Below, piece by piece: positions 18,335 through 26,905 of a stretch of DNA of 32,000 nt. The stretch lies in NCBI RefSeq assembly GCF_021054785.1, contig NZ_CP088239.1, forward strand, positions 1,620,001 through 1,652,000, given 5' to 3'. Positions within the stretch are counted from its first letter, which is position 1. Each line of letters opens with the position of its first letter. The DNA is from Tannockella kyphosi. Lineage in GTDB: Bacteria; Bacillota_I; Bacilli_A; Erysipelotrichales; Coprobacillaceae. A program made the translations under genes and the position numbers. The notes below the pieces were generated by a model. It did no database searches. It saw nothing but the letters and a program-made list of their open reading frames with translations, and was not told the origin of the DNA.

Positions 18335-18345
18335 ACCTCCTTTTC

Positions 18346-18374
18346 AACAAAAAAAAGATATGGACCCATATCTT
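18346..18374 (-). terminator. Intrinsic terminator after mreB
   Basis: AAGATAT / ATATCTT stem with a 6 nt loop, then TTTTTTTTGTT on the minus strand. It runs directly into the tagO-like RBS. Confidence 0.55.
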
Positions 18375-18375
18375 T

Positions 18376-19365
18376 TTATCTTAAATAATGTAAATTTTCT
18401 AACATAATACCAGTTCCATTCGCCACACAGTTTAATGGGTCTTCTGCAATAAACACAGGAACATTAATTTCTTGTTCAATTAACTTATCTAATCCTTTTA
18501 ATAATGCTCCACCACCAGTGATGAATACTCCACGTTCCACAATATCAGCAGATAACTCTGGAGGAGTTTGTTCTAATACACGTTTTACTTCACGTACAAT
18601 TGTTTGACAAGATTCTCTTAGAGCTAATTCTGTCTCATCAGAAGATAATGTAATAGTATGAGGTAATCCCGTAACTAAGTCACGACCACGTACTTCAATA
18701 GAACTATCGATAAATCCTTTTAAAGCACAACCAATTTCCATTTTTACTCTTTCAGCAGTACGATCTCCAATTAATAATTTATATTTATCTTTGATAAATT
18801 TAATTAATTCTTCATCCATTACATCTCCTGCAATCTTTAAAGAACTACTAGTTACAATATCACCTAATGATAATACTGCAATATCAGTAGTACCACCACC
18901 AATATCAATTACCATATTACCTGTTGGTTTAGAAATATCTAAACCAGCTCCAATAGCTGCTACTTTTGGTTCTTCTTCAATATATACTCTTTTTGCACCA
19001 CAACGTTCTGCTACATCTTTAATCGCACTTTTTTCGATTGATGTAATATTAGTAGGACAACAAATTAATACCGTAGGACGAGAGAAAATTCCTTTTAAAT
19101 GTAATTTATTAATAAAATGTGTTAATAAAATTTCAGTGATTTGGAAATCAGCAATAACACCATCTTTTAATGGACGTACTGCTACAACCTTTCCAGGAGT
19201 TTTTCCTAACATTTCTTTTGCTTCACCACCGACAGCTAACGCTCTTTTTGTTTCTTCATTGATTGCTACTACTGAAGGTTCATTTACAACGATACCTTCT
19301 CCTTTAATATAAATTAATATGTTTGCAGTACCTAAATCGATACCTATTTCTTTTGACAGTGCCAT
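18376..19365 (-). CDS. mreB: Rod-shape determining actin homologue MreB/Mbl
   Basis: 329 aa. IGIDLGTANILIY...NEPSVVA...DIGGGTTDIAV...ITGGGALLKGLD matches throughout. Confidence 0.93.
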   Translation of the reverse strand: MALSKEIGIDLGTANILIYIKGEGIVVNEPSVVAINEETKRALAVGGEAKEMLGKTPGKVVAVRPLKDGVIADFQITEILLTHFINKLHLKGIFSRPTVLICCPTNITSIEKSAIKDVAERCGAKRVYIEEEPKVAAIGAGLDISKPTGNMVIDIGGGTTDIAVLSLGDIVTSSSLKIAGDVMDEELIKFIKDKYKLLIGDRTAERVKMEIGCALKGFIDSSIEVRGRDLVTGLPHTITLSSDETELALRESCQTIVREVKRVLEQTPPELSADIVERGVFITGGGALLKGLDKLIEQEINVPVFIAEDPLNCVANGTGIMLENLHYLR

Positions 19366-19391
19366 ACTTTACCTCCTATTTAACTTTACTA

Positions 19392-19419
19392 ATTGTATCA
19401 TATTTTTTGATGTTTACAA
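19392..19419 (-). promoter_or_regulatory. Sigma-A type promoter for mreB
   Basis: The minus strand reads TTGTAA, a 16 nt spacer, then TACAAT, with TG one base upstream of the -10 (TGATACAAT). Confidence 0.45.
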
Positions 19420-19467
19420 GGTAAAAAAAACAAATAGTGCAATCTTTTAGCGCTATCTGTTGATTGT

Positions 19468-20085
19468 TTAAGATATCTTATCTAGAGTTAAACCAATTAC
19501 GGATTCAGGATTAATAATAATATTGTCTATTTCCACTACATAATGCAAATGATTCCCTAAATCTGCTTCATATAAGTTTTCTCCACTTGTTCCAATTACT
19601 TCTCCTTGACTTACTTTTTGATCTTTTTCAACCATTACTTCACTTAAAGATTGATAAGTTGTTTCTATTCCATAATCATGTTCTATCGTTACCAACCATC
19701 CTAATAATGCATCATCACTAACCTTTGTTATCGTACCACTAGCACTAGCTAATACATCAAAGCTCTCTCCATTATTGCTATAATCAATGCCTAAATTAGG
19801 ACGATAGACACCCTCAAAATATACTAATGCATTTTCTAACTTACTTTGATCTCCATTAATATCATAATAATAACGAACAATAGATGCTTCTTCTACTGGT
19901 GCAACCAATGTTTCCACCACTATTTCTTGTGCTACTTCTTGTTCTTGGTTTTCTACTACTGGTATCTCATTATATACTACATTTGAATCCACTGCAGTCT
20001 GTATAAAACCAACCCCAACCAAAAACAACAAAACCACACTACAAAATAAAAATAACTGACGATTTTTCGTTAAAAAGCTTTTCAT
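19468..20085 (-). CDS. Membrane-anchored M23/LytM-domain protein with a degenerate active site (SpoIIQ-like)
   Basis: 205 aa with an N-terminal TM segment. In the LytM domain the HxxxD motif reads N-L-G-I-D (RPNLGIDY), while HxH is retained (GNHLHYVV). It sits between spoIID and mreB. Confidence 0.7.
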   Translation of the reverse strand: MKSFLTKNRQLFLFCSVVLLFLVGVGFIQTAVDSNVVYNEIPVVENQEQEVAQEIVVETLVAPVEEASIVRYYYDINGDQSKLENALVYFEGVYRPNLGIDYSNNGESFDVLASASGTITKVSDDALLGWLVTIEHDYGIETTYQSLSEVMVEKDQKVSQGEVIGTSGENLYEADLGNHLHYVVEIDNIIINPESVIGLTLDKIS

Positions 20086-20124
20086 TTTATCACCTCGAAA
20101 CTATTGTTACCAAGAAATAAAATT

Positions 20125-21003
20125 CTATGCTTCTATTTTTACAATTTCTACCCCACTATAATAATAACTTACTATCTCCTCATAATCATACCCTACTAAT
20201 GCCATTCCTTGTGCTCCATATTGCGACATTCCAACCCCATGACCATATCCACTACATATAAATTGATACTCTAAATTCCCTTCGTCAATAATAAAATCAC
20301 TAGAATCTAAACCCAATAACTCCCTTACTTCTCTTCCTGTATAGAGCTCTCCACTCACACAAATACTAGCAACCCTACCACTATCATAATAACTTATCTC
20401 ACTAAATACAATTTCACTTACATTAAAAATACTTACTAACTCATCCTTACTAAAAGATACTGTTGTTTCTAAATCCCTTACACTACTATCATAAGGACTT
20501 TCTACACTTCTTAAATAACTAACAGCTTCTCCATTAAAATAATCCTCATTATTTTCAGTATATCCATTACTATAAGAAAAAAACAAAGCACTAATATAAT
20601 CCCCTTCATACATCAAAACAACACCCTTTGTTTCTTCTATTGCTTGTTGTATTTTTGTTACATACAACTCATAATTATCTCCCCACTTAACTTGTTGATC
20701 TTGGCTATCTAAATACACTTGTGATAAAGTCGTTGCATCCACTTGCATCTCTCTAGAATAAACATAAGTTCTACTTGCAACCACCTGTGCCTTTAAAGCT
20801 TCTAATTCAAAAGATGCCGGCATTTCTCCTGCTACTACCCCTAACAAATAATCATCCAATAATATCTCTTGATCATCACAATACACCATCTCTTCCACTT
20901 CTATTTCTTCTACAAAAAACTCTTCCTTATCCTGTTTGTAAAACAAACAGGATAAAACAAAGAGAATGAGAAGTATGCTTATTTTTATTGTTATTTTTTT
21001 CAT
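20125..21003 (-). CDS. spoIID: SpoIID/LytB domain protein (stage II sporulation protein D-like lytic transglycosylase)
   Basis: 292 aa with an N-terminal TM segment, ALKAQVVASRTYVYS, FFSYSNGYTEN and HGVGMSQYGAQGMA motifs. Confidence 0.7.
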   Translation of the reverse strand: MKKITIKISILLILFVLSCLFYKQDKEEFFVEEIEVEEMVYCDDQEILLDDYLLGVVAGEMPASFELEALKAQVVASRTYVYSREMQVDATTLSQVYLDSQDQQVKWGDNYELYVTKIQQAIEETKGVVLMYEGDYISALFFSYSNGYTENNEDYFNGEAVSYLRSVESPYDSSVRDLETTVSFSKDELVSIFNVSEIVFSEISYYDSGRVASICVSGELYTGREVRELLGLDSSDFIIDEGNLEYQFICSGYGHGVGMSQYGAQGMALVGYDYEEIVSYYYSGVEIVKIEA

Positions 21004-21030
21004 TATTTTCCCTCTAGGAAAATATATGTT

Positions 21031-21228
21031 TTATAATCGTATTAATGCGAATGTTAAAATAAATTGTGCAAATAAATATCCTAAAGCAAAAGAAGTAACT
21101 AAATAAAACACATAAAATTCTTTTGTTCTTTCTTTACGTATATATTTTTCAAAATGAAAAGCACTTAATCCATACATAGCAAGTAAAACAGCTAAAATAT
21201 ATACAACCATTTCTATAATAGAACTCAT
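21031..21228 (-). CDS. Small two-TM membrane protein (DUF1146/YwzB-like)
   Basis: 65 aa with two hydrophobic helices separated by EKYIRKERTKEF. Its position next to spoIID matches Bacillus ywzB, as far as I recall. Confidence 0.45.
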   Translation of the reverse strand: MSSIIEMVVYILAVLLAMYGLSAFHFEKYIRKERTKEFYVFYLVTSFALGYLFAQFILTFALIRL

Positions 21229-21255
21229 TTTATACCCTACTTTCTATCAAATCCA

Positions 21256-21264
21256 TGTTATAAT
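21256..21264 (+). promoter_or_regulatory. Extended -10 promoter of the aldo/keto reductase gene
   Basis: TGTTATAAT at 21256-21264, AAGGAGGA at 21272-21279 and ATG at 21286. Confidence 0.45.
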
Positions 21265-21285
21265 AAATAACAAGGAGGAATTTAT

Positions 21286-22203
21286 ATGGAATATTATACA
21301 CTACCACAAACAAATTTAAAAGCTTCTAAAATAGCTTTAGGATGTATGCGTATCGCATCCAAAAGCGTAGAAGAAGTAGAAGAATTAGTACTTACTGCCT
21401 TGAATCATGGAGTAAACTTCTTTGATCATGCGGATATTTATGGAGCAGGACAATCAGAAGTAGTATTTGGAGAAGTATTAGCAAGAAATCCTAATCTAAG
21501 AGAAACAATGATTATTCAATCAAAATGTGCTATTCGTCCAGGTATCTGTTTTGACTTTTCAAAAGAGTATATTTTAAAAAGTGTAGAGGGATCACTAGAA
21601 AGACTACAAACAGATTATTTAGATGTTTTATTATTACATCGTCCTGATGCTCTAATGGATCCTAAAGAAGTAGCAGAAGCATTTAATGAGTTATATGAAT
21701 TAGGGAAAGTTCATTACTTTGGTGTTTCTAATCAAAAACCTAGTCAAATAGAATTATTAAAAAAATATTGTAAACAACCTATTGTTATCAATCAATTACA
21801 ATTTGGCCCTGCTCATGCTAGTATGATTGATCAAGGCTTCTATGTAAACATGGAAGTACCTACTGCTATTGATTATGATGGTGCTATCTTAGACTACTGT
21901 ATGTTAAACGATATTACAATACAACCCTGGTCTACCATTCGAGAAACATTAAACAGTGAAACATTTATTGATAATCCTGAATATCCAGAATTAAATGTTG
22001 TTCTAGAAACATTAGCTACTAAATATAAAGTATCAAAAGTAGCTATCGTAACAGCATGGATCTTACGTCATCCATCTAATATGCAACCTATTGCAGGTAC
22101 TACTTCTATTAAGAACTTATTAGATACTTTAGATGCAATTAACGTATCTCTTACTAGAGAAGAATGGTATCAAATATATACTGCAAACAAAGTATTACCT
22201 TAA
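21286..22203 (+). CDS. Aldo/keto reductase family oxidoreductase
   Basis: 305 aa. LGCMRI...FFDHADIYG...LLLHRPD...FGVSN shows the typical AKR catalytic scaffold. Confidence 0.88.
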   Translation: MEYYTLPQTNLKASKIALGCMRIASKSVEEVEELVLTALNHGVNFFDHADIYGAGQSEVVFGEVLARNPNLRETMIIQSKCAIRPGICFDFSKEYILKSVEGSLERLQTDYLDVLLLHRPDALMDPKEVAEAFNELYELGKVHYFGVSNQKPSQIELLKKYCKQPIVINQLQFGPAHASMIDQGFYVNMEVPTAIDYDGAILDYCMLNDITIQPWSTIRETLNSETFIDNPEYPELNVVLETLATKYKVSKVAIVTAWILRHPSNMQPIAGTTSIKNLLDTLDAINVSLTREEWYQIYTANKVLP

Positions 22204-22220
22204 CTAAAATCCTTATAATT

Positions 22221-22258
22221 AAAAAAGTATCTAGTTATTAAAGTCTAGATACTTTTTA
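22221..22258. terminator. Bidirectional terminator between the convergent AKR gene and the FecR-repeat gene
   Basis: AAAAAGTATCTAG / CTAGATACTTTTT 13 bp stem with a 10 nt loop. A-tract and T-tract flanks serve both strands. Confidence 0.7.
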
Positions 22259-22274
22259 TATGTTTAAATCTAAA

Positions 22275-25200
22275 TTACCAAAGATGCCAACTCCACGTTG
22301 TCTCCAACGTAATAAGCCATCTTCCATCTTCTTGTAATACTGCTCCTTCGACAAGTTCACTAATTAGTACTTTATCACCTCTTGAATAGGTTATTCCAGT
22401 TGCAGGATTATACCATTTTGATAATACATATCCATTCGAATACCAACTGCTATTTAGTTCAACTTCTAGTGTATCGGAATAAGTATAATTACCAGCAGTA
22501 TCGATAATTGTTCCATCATCATCATCAACATAGTTAATATAATATGTATTAGCTTGCCACTTAGCATAAACATTTAAAGATACTCCTGATTCTTTTTTCC
22601 AAGTACTTAACTCTTCTTCATCAGTACAGTCCTCGTCAAAATACCAACCAACAAATGTATAGCCTGTTTTTGTAGGTGTTGTTAATTTATCAGCGACCAC
22701 TTCTCCAGTTTCCACATATACAATATCTAATACATCAGAACCATCATACATATATACTGGAGATGCAGAAGCTACATAGTAAGCATATAACGTAACATCC
22801 TCGTTACCCATTACTGTACCTATTTTATGTTGATCCCCACTAGCATCATACCAGCCAACAAAAACATAAGTATTCTCTGGATCACCTGTTGTGTCAATAT
22901 AGTTAGATAATACTGGCAATAACTCATACGTTTCACCTGCTAAATATTTGTAATCATATTCTGCCGTATCTGCATATTCCGATACAAACGTAATCGTATA
23001 CAGTCTCGACCATATTGCTGTTACTGTCAAATCAGATGCTGGCATTGTTGTATAAACTGTGCCATCATCATCTTTCCATCCACCAAATACATATTCAATG
23101 GTAGTAGTAATATCGTTCGTCGTATTTGTCGTCGTACTATTTTCTATACCTGTGGTAATTGATTCAGGAAAAGATTCTCCTTCAATTAGATAAATAGTAC
23201 CACTTTGCTTCTCTGTAAAATAGTATGTTAATGCGTACGTTTGTTCCCACTTACCATATAATTCAACTCCCTTTGCTGGCATTGTATCATCTACTAATAA
23301 AGAATTCGCATACTCTGCATCATAATACCAACCTACAAATTTGTAATTAGTTTTTTCTATTTCATTAGCAATACTATCATCAGCCAAGATAGCTGTTACT
23401 ACACTTTCTCCATATGTTACAGATAACGTATCAATTACCTTATTATCAGTGTCATATAGAGTAACTTCATACTCATTTATTGTGAATGTTGCTGTTAGTG
23501 TTAGATCTTTAGCAGGCATTGTATCACCTGTTTGCCACTTATCTTTATCCTCATCACACCAACCATTAAATTCATAACCTTCTTTTGCATCACTTAAATC
23601 CGAAAGACTAAGTTCTGTTCCATAAACAACTGTAGTTTCTGTTGTTTTTGTTCCGTTATCATCTTGTTCAACCAAAGCCAACCTATATGAATTTGTAGTC
23701 CAAACAATATAAACTGTAATTCCACCTTCTGGTACTGTCACTTCGCTAAGGTCATCGATTGTTGTTTTCGTCTCACCTACGTAGTAATAGTAACTTTGGA
23801 ATGTCACATATGTTTTTTCATATAATGTTGCTACTGTACCTACATAATCACTTATTGTTGTTCCATAAGTCATATTCGTACTTGATGTATTTTCATCTTT
23901 TGTTCCATCAAGAACATTGACGACAGTAACTTCATACTCATTTATTGTGAATTTTGCTGTTAAGGTTAAATCACTTGCAGGCATTGTATCACCTGTTTGC
24001 CACTTATCTTTATCCTCATCACACCAACCATTAAATGTATAACCTTCTTTTGCATCACTTAAATCCGAAAGACTAAGTTCTGTTCCATAAACAACTTTAC
24101 TTTCTGTTTTTTCCTCATTTTGATCAACTAAAGTTAATGTATATGATTTTGTAGTCCAAACAATACAAACTGTGATTCCACCTTCTGGTACTGTCACTTT
24201 GCTAATATCATCGATTGTTGTTTTCGTCTCACCTACGTAGTAATAGTAACTTTGGAATGTCACATATGTTTTTTCATATAATGTTGCTACTGTACCTACA
24301 TAATCACTTATTGTTGTTCCATAAGTCATATTCGTACTTGATGTATTTTCATCTTTTGTTCCATCAAGAACATTGACGACAGTAACTTCATACTCATTTA
24401 TTGTGAATGTTGCTGTTAAGGTTAAATCACTTGCAGGCATTGTATCACCTGTTTCCCATTCAACATCTCCGCTGTACCAACCATTAAATTCATAACCTTC
24501 TTTTGCATCACTTAAATCCGAAAGACTAAGTTCTGTTCCATAAACAACTTTACTTTCTGTTTTTTCCTCATCTTGATCAACTAAAATTAATGTATATGAA
24601 TTTGTAGTCCAAACAATATAAACTGTAATTCCATCTACCGGTACTGTCACTTCGCTAAGGTCATCGATTGTTGTTTTCGTCTCACCTACGTAGTAATAGT
24701 AACTTTGGAATGTCACATATGTTTTTTCATATAATGTTGCTACCGTACCTACATAATCACTTATTAACGATCCATAAGTCATATCCTTACTTGATGTATT
24801 TTCATCTTCTTTTCCATCAAGAACATTGACAACAGTAACTTCATACTCATTTATTGTGAATGTTGCTGTTAGTGTTAGATCTTTAGCAGGCATTGTTGTA
24901 TATTGATTATCATTTGAATCACACCAACCATTAAATGTGTAACCTTCTTTTTCTAACACTTCTAATTCTAACGTTTCATTATATGCTACTTTTGTTATTT
25001 CTTCACTCTCACCATTAATCAGTGTTAATGTAAACTCTACACGTTTCCAATTTACAAAAATTACAATTCCACCTTCTGGCATCGTTAGATCTTTTATATC
25101 TATTGCTTCTGTACAATCAACATCTGTATAATAGCCTTCTATATAATACCAATTAGCATAAGCATAACTATTTCCATGTGAATCTGCATAAGATTCAATT

Positions 25201-26834
25201 GTTGTTGTTAATGAAGATGCATAATCAAAATTACCAACGCTGTTAAATGCATTTGATCCAAAATTACTTATAACATTTAATTGATAACTATTAATTGTCC
25301 ATGATGATGTTAATGATAGGTTAGATGCAGGCATTGTATCACCTGTTTCCCATTTAACATCTCCACTGTACCAACCATTAAATGTATAACCTTCTTTTGT
25401 AAGACTAGGTAATGTTAATGTTGTACCATAATCTACATCTTGTGTTTCACCATCTAATGACAATACATAACTATTAATTGTCCATGATGATGTTAATGTT
25501 ACATTAGATGATGGCATTGTTGTATATTGATTATCATTTGAATCATACCACCCATTGAATGTATAACCTTCTTTTGCAAGAGTAGGTAATGTTAATGTTG
25601 TACCATAGTCTACATCTTGTGTTTCACCATCTAATGACAATACATAACTATTAATTGTATATGATGATGTTAATGATAAGTTAGACGCAGGCATTGTATC
25701 ACCTGTTTTCCATTGCGTATCGTTACTATACCAACCATCAAAAGTATAACCTTCTTTTGTAGGAGTAGGTAATTCTAACGTATCTTGATAGTTTAAAGAT
25801 AGTGAAGATGTTGTTTCTTCATCTTTTAGGTTTACAGTATAATTGATTTTTTCAAATTTAGCATAAACTACAATATCTTCACTAGGCATTGTGTTTAACT
25901 CAATGCTTGTTTGATATTCATTATCACTATACCAACCTTCAAAAGTATATCCTGTAGCTGTTGGAGTAGTAATTGATAATTCTTCATTTTCGTTATAAAC
26001 ATAACTAGTTTGTTGTTCAAATACAACCGTTGTTAAATCATAACTTACTACTAAACGATTTTCTTGTTCTTGTTCAACTTCTTCCACTGCAAAGATAGTT
26101 TCTTTTTCACCTGTTGAAGTTTGTTTTTGTAAAAGTGATAACATACTATCAGAAATAGCGTCTAGCTCTATTTCCCATAACTCTTCTTCTCCAATAGGAG
26201 TTAGTACATATTCAACATAGACAGCTTCTTCACTTTCTACTTTAACTGAATATCCAGCTTCAACAAATACTTCTTGTTCTAAAGTACCATCATCCTTCTT
26301 TAAATAAGAAGCAACAGTCCCTTCAAAAGTCAATAAATCCGTATAATATAATCCATCTTCCATATAAACATCTATACCAAATACTGTTCCACGAACAGAC
26401 ATACTAGCATTAGGTGTCGTAACTTCATAAGTAGATTCATCAGAAAGTGCTGCTGTTAATTCATTAACAATTGATCCTGTTTCAACAATGATCTCTGTTT
26501 GTGAATTTTCTTCATCTCCTGATGCAACAATAGATAAAACAGTGTTTGCTTCAATATAAATATATTTATCTTCATCTAACACTAAACGTACATAAGAATC
26601 TTGATCAACTGTAATTTTGTCCCCGCTTACTAGTTGCATTCCATCATAGATACTTATCTCTCCAATATCTTCTCTATCAATTGTTGCTGTCCCGTCATAT
26701 TCTAGCACTTTTATAGTACGATAACTTTCCTGTGAATCATTGTTAGTTGATGTAGAATTACTAAAGAAGTAAACTCCTACACCAGCACCTATTACAATAA
26801 GTATCGTTAGTAATGCTAGAAATTGCTTTTTCAT
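22275..26834 (-). CDS. Giant membrane-anchored surface protein: signal-anchor + FecR-like domain + about 17 Listeria-Bacteroides (Flg_new, GYTFxGWY) repeats
   Basis: 1519 aa. The N-terminal TM segment is LALLTILIVIGAGVGVYFF. A FecR-type module spans about aa 38-200 (…GDKITVDQDSYVRLVLDEDKYIYIEANTVL…YEVTTPNASMSVRGTVFGI). About 13 canonical GY(T/E)FxGW repeats and about 4 variant repeats follow. There is no LPXTG or C-terminal anchor. Confidence 0.85.
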   Translation of the reverse strand: MKKQFLALLTILIVIGAGVGVYFFSNSTSTNNDSQESYRTIKVLEYDGTATIDREDIGEISIYDGMQLVSGDKITVDQDSYVRLVLDEDKYIYIEANTVLSIVASGDEENSQTEIIVETGSIVNELTAALSDESTYEVTTPNASMSVRGTVFGIDVYMEDGLYYTDLLTFEGTVASYLKKDDGTLEQEVFVEAGYSVKVESEEAVYVEYVLTPIGEEELWEIELDAISDSMLSLLQKQTSTGEKETIFAVEEVEQEQENRLVVSYDLTTVVFEQQTSYVYNENEELSITTPTATGYTFEGWYSDNEYQTSIELNTMPSEDIVVYAKFEKINYTVNLKDEETTSSLSLNYQDTLELPTPTKEGYTFDGWYSNDTQWKTGDTMPASNLSLTSSYTINSYVLSLDGETQDVDYGTTLTLPTLAKEGYTFNGWYDSNDNQYTTMPSSNVTLTSSWTINSYVLSLDGETQDVDYGTTLTLPSLTKEGYTFNGWYSGDVKWETGDTMPASNLSLTSSWTINSYQLNVISNFGSNAFNSVGNFDYASSLTTTIESYADSHGNSYAYANWYYIEGYYTDVDCTEAIDIKDLTMPEGGIVIFVNWKRVEFTLTLINGESEEITKVAYNETLELEVLEKEGYTFNGWCDSNDNQYTTMPAKDLTLTATFTINEYEVTVVNVLDGKEDENTSSKDMTYGSLISDYVGTVATLYEKTYVTFQSYYYYVGETKTTIDDLSEVTVPVDGITVYIVWTTNSYTLILVDQDEEKTESKVVYGTELSLSDLSDAKEGYEFNGWYSGDVEWETGDTMPASDLTLTATFTINEYEVTVVNVLDGTKDENTSSTNMTYGTTISDYVGTVATLYEKTYVTFQSYYYYVGETKTTIDDISKVTVPEGGITVCIVWTTKSYTLTLVDQNEEKTESKVVYGTELSLSDLSDAKEGYTFNGWCDEDKDKWQTGDTMPASDLTLTAKFTINEYEVTVVNVLDGTKDENTSSTNMTYGTTISDYVGTVATLYEKTYVTFQSYYYYVGETKTTIDDLSEVTVPEGGITVYIVWTTNSYRLALVEQDDNGTKTTETTVVYGTELSLSDLSDAKEGYEFNGWCDEDKDKWQTGDTMPAKDLTLTATFTINEYEVTLYDTDNKVIDTLSVTYGESVVTAILADDSIANEIEKTNYKFVGWYYDAEYANSLLVDDTMPAKGVELYGKWEQTYALTYYFTEKQSGTIYLIEGESFPESITTGIENSTTTNTTNDITTTIEYVFGGWKDDDGTVYTTMPASDLTVTAIWSRLYTITFVSEYADTAEYDYKYLAGETYELLPVLSNYIDTTGDPENTYVFVGWYDASGDQHKIGTVMGNEDVTLYAYYVASASPVYMYDGSDVLDIVYVETGEVVADKLTTPTKTGYTFVGWYFDEDCTDEEELSTWKKESGVSLNVYAKWQANTYYINYVDDDDGTIIDTAGNYTYSDTLEVELNSSWYSNGYVLSKWYNPATGITYSRGDKVLISELVEGAVLQEDGRWLITLETTWSWHLW
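23461..24950 (-). repeat. In-frame tandem DNA repeats (3 units of 453, 456 and 465 bp plus partial flanks) inside the giant gene
   Basis: The marker GTAACTTCATACTCATTTATTGTGAAT recurs at 23461, 23926, 24382 and 24835. Units 2 and 3 share an identical stretch of more than 200 bp (…ATCGATTGTTGTTTTCGTCTCACCTACGTAGTAATAGTAACTTTGGAATGTCACATATG…). Each unit encodes TFTINEYEVTVVNVLDG…YYYYVGETKTTIDD…KVVYGTELSLSDLSDAKEGYxFNGW. Confidence 0.9.
25288..25700 (-). repeat. Three highly similar consecutive Flg_new repeat units (periods 183 and 177 bp)
   Basis: CTATTAATTGT(C/A)(C/T)ATGATGATGTTAATG recurs at 25288, 25471 and 25648. GTTTCACCATCTAATGACAATACATAACTATTAATTGT recurs at 25444 and 25621. The units encode SYVLSLDGETQDVDYGTTLTLPxLxKEGYTFNGWY. 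Confidence 0.85.
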
Positions 26835-26905
26835 AATTCATCCCTTCTTCCCGTGTTTTAAGATTTTTCTACTGCTTTATAATTAATAAAACTTAATAAA
26901 TATTT

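Noticed and set aside
23461-24950. A regularly spaced DNA repeat array; considered as CRISPR-like or a satellite
   Set aside because: The period is 453-465 bp, every unit is in frame within one long ORF and encodes repeat protein modules, there is no short-repeat/spacer organisation, and no cas genes are present.
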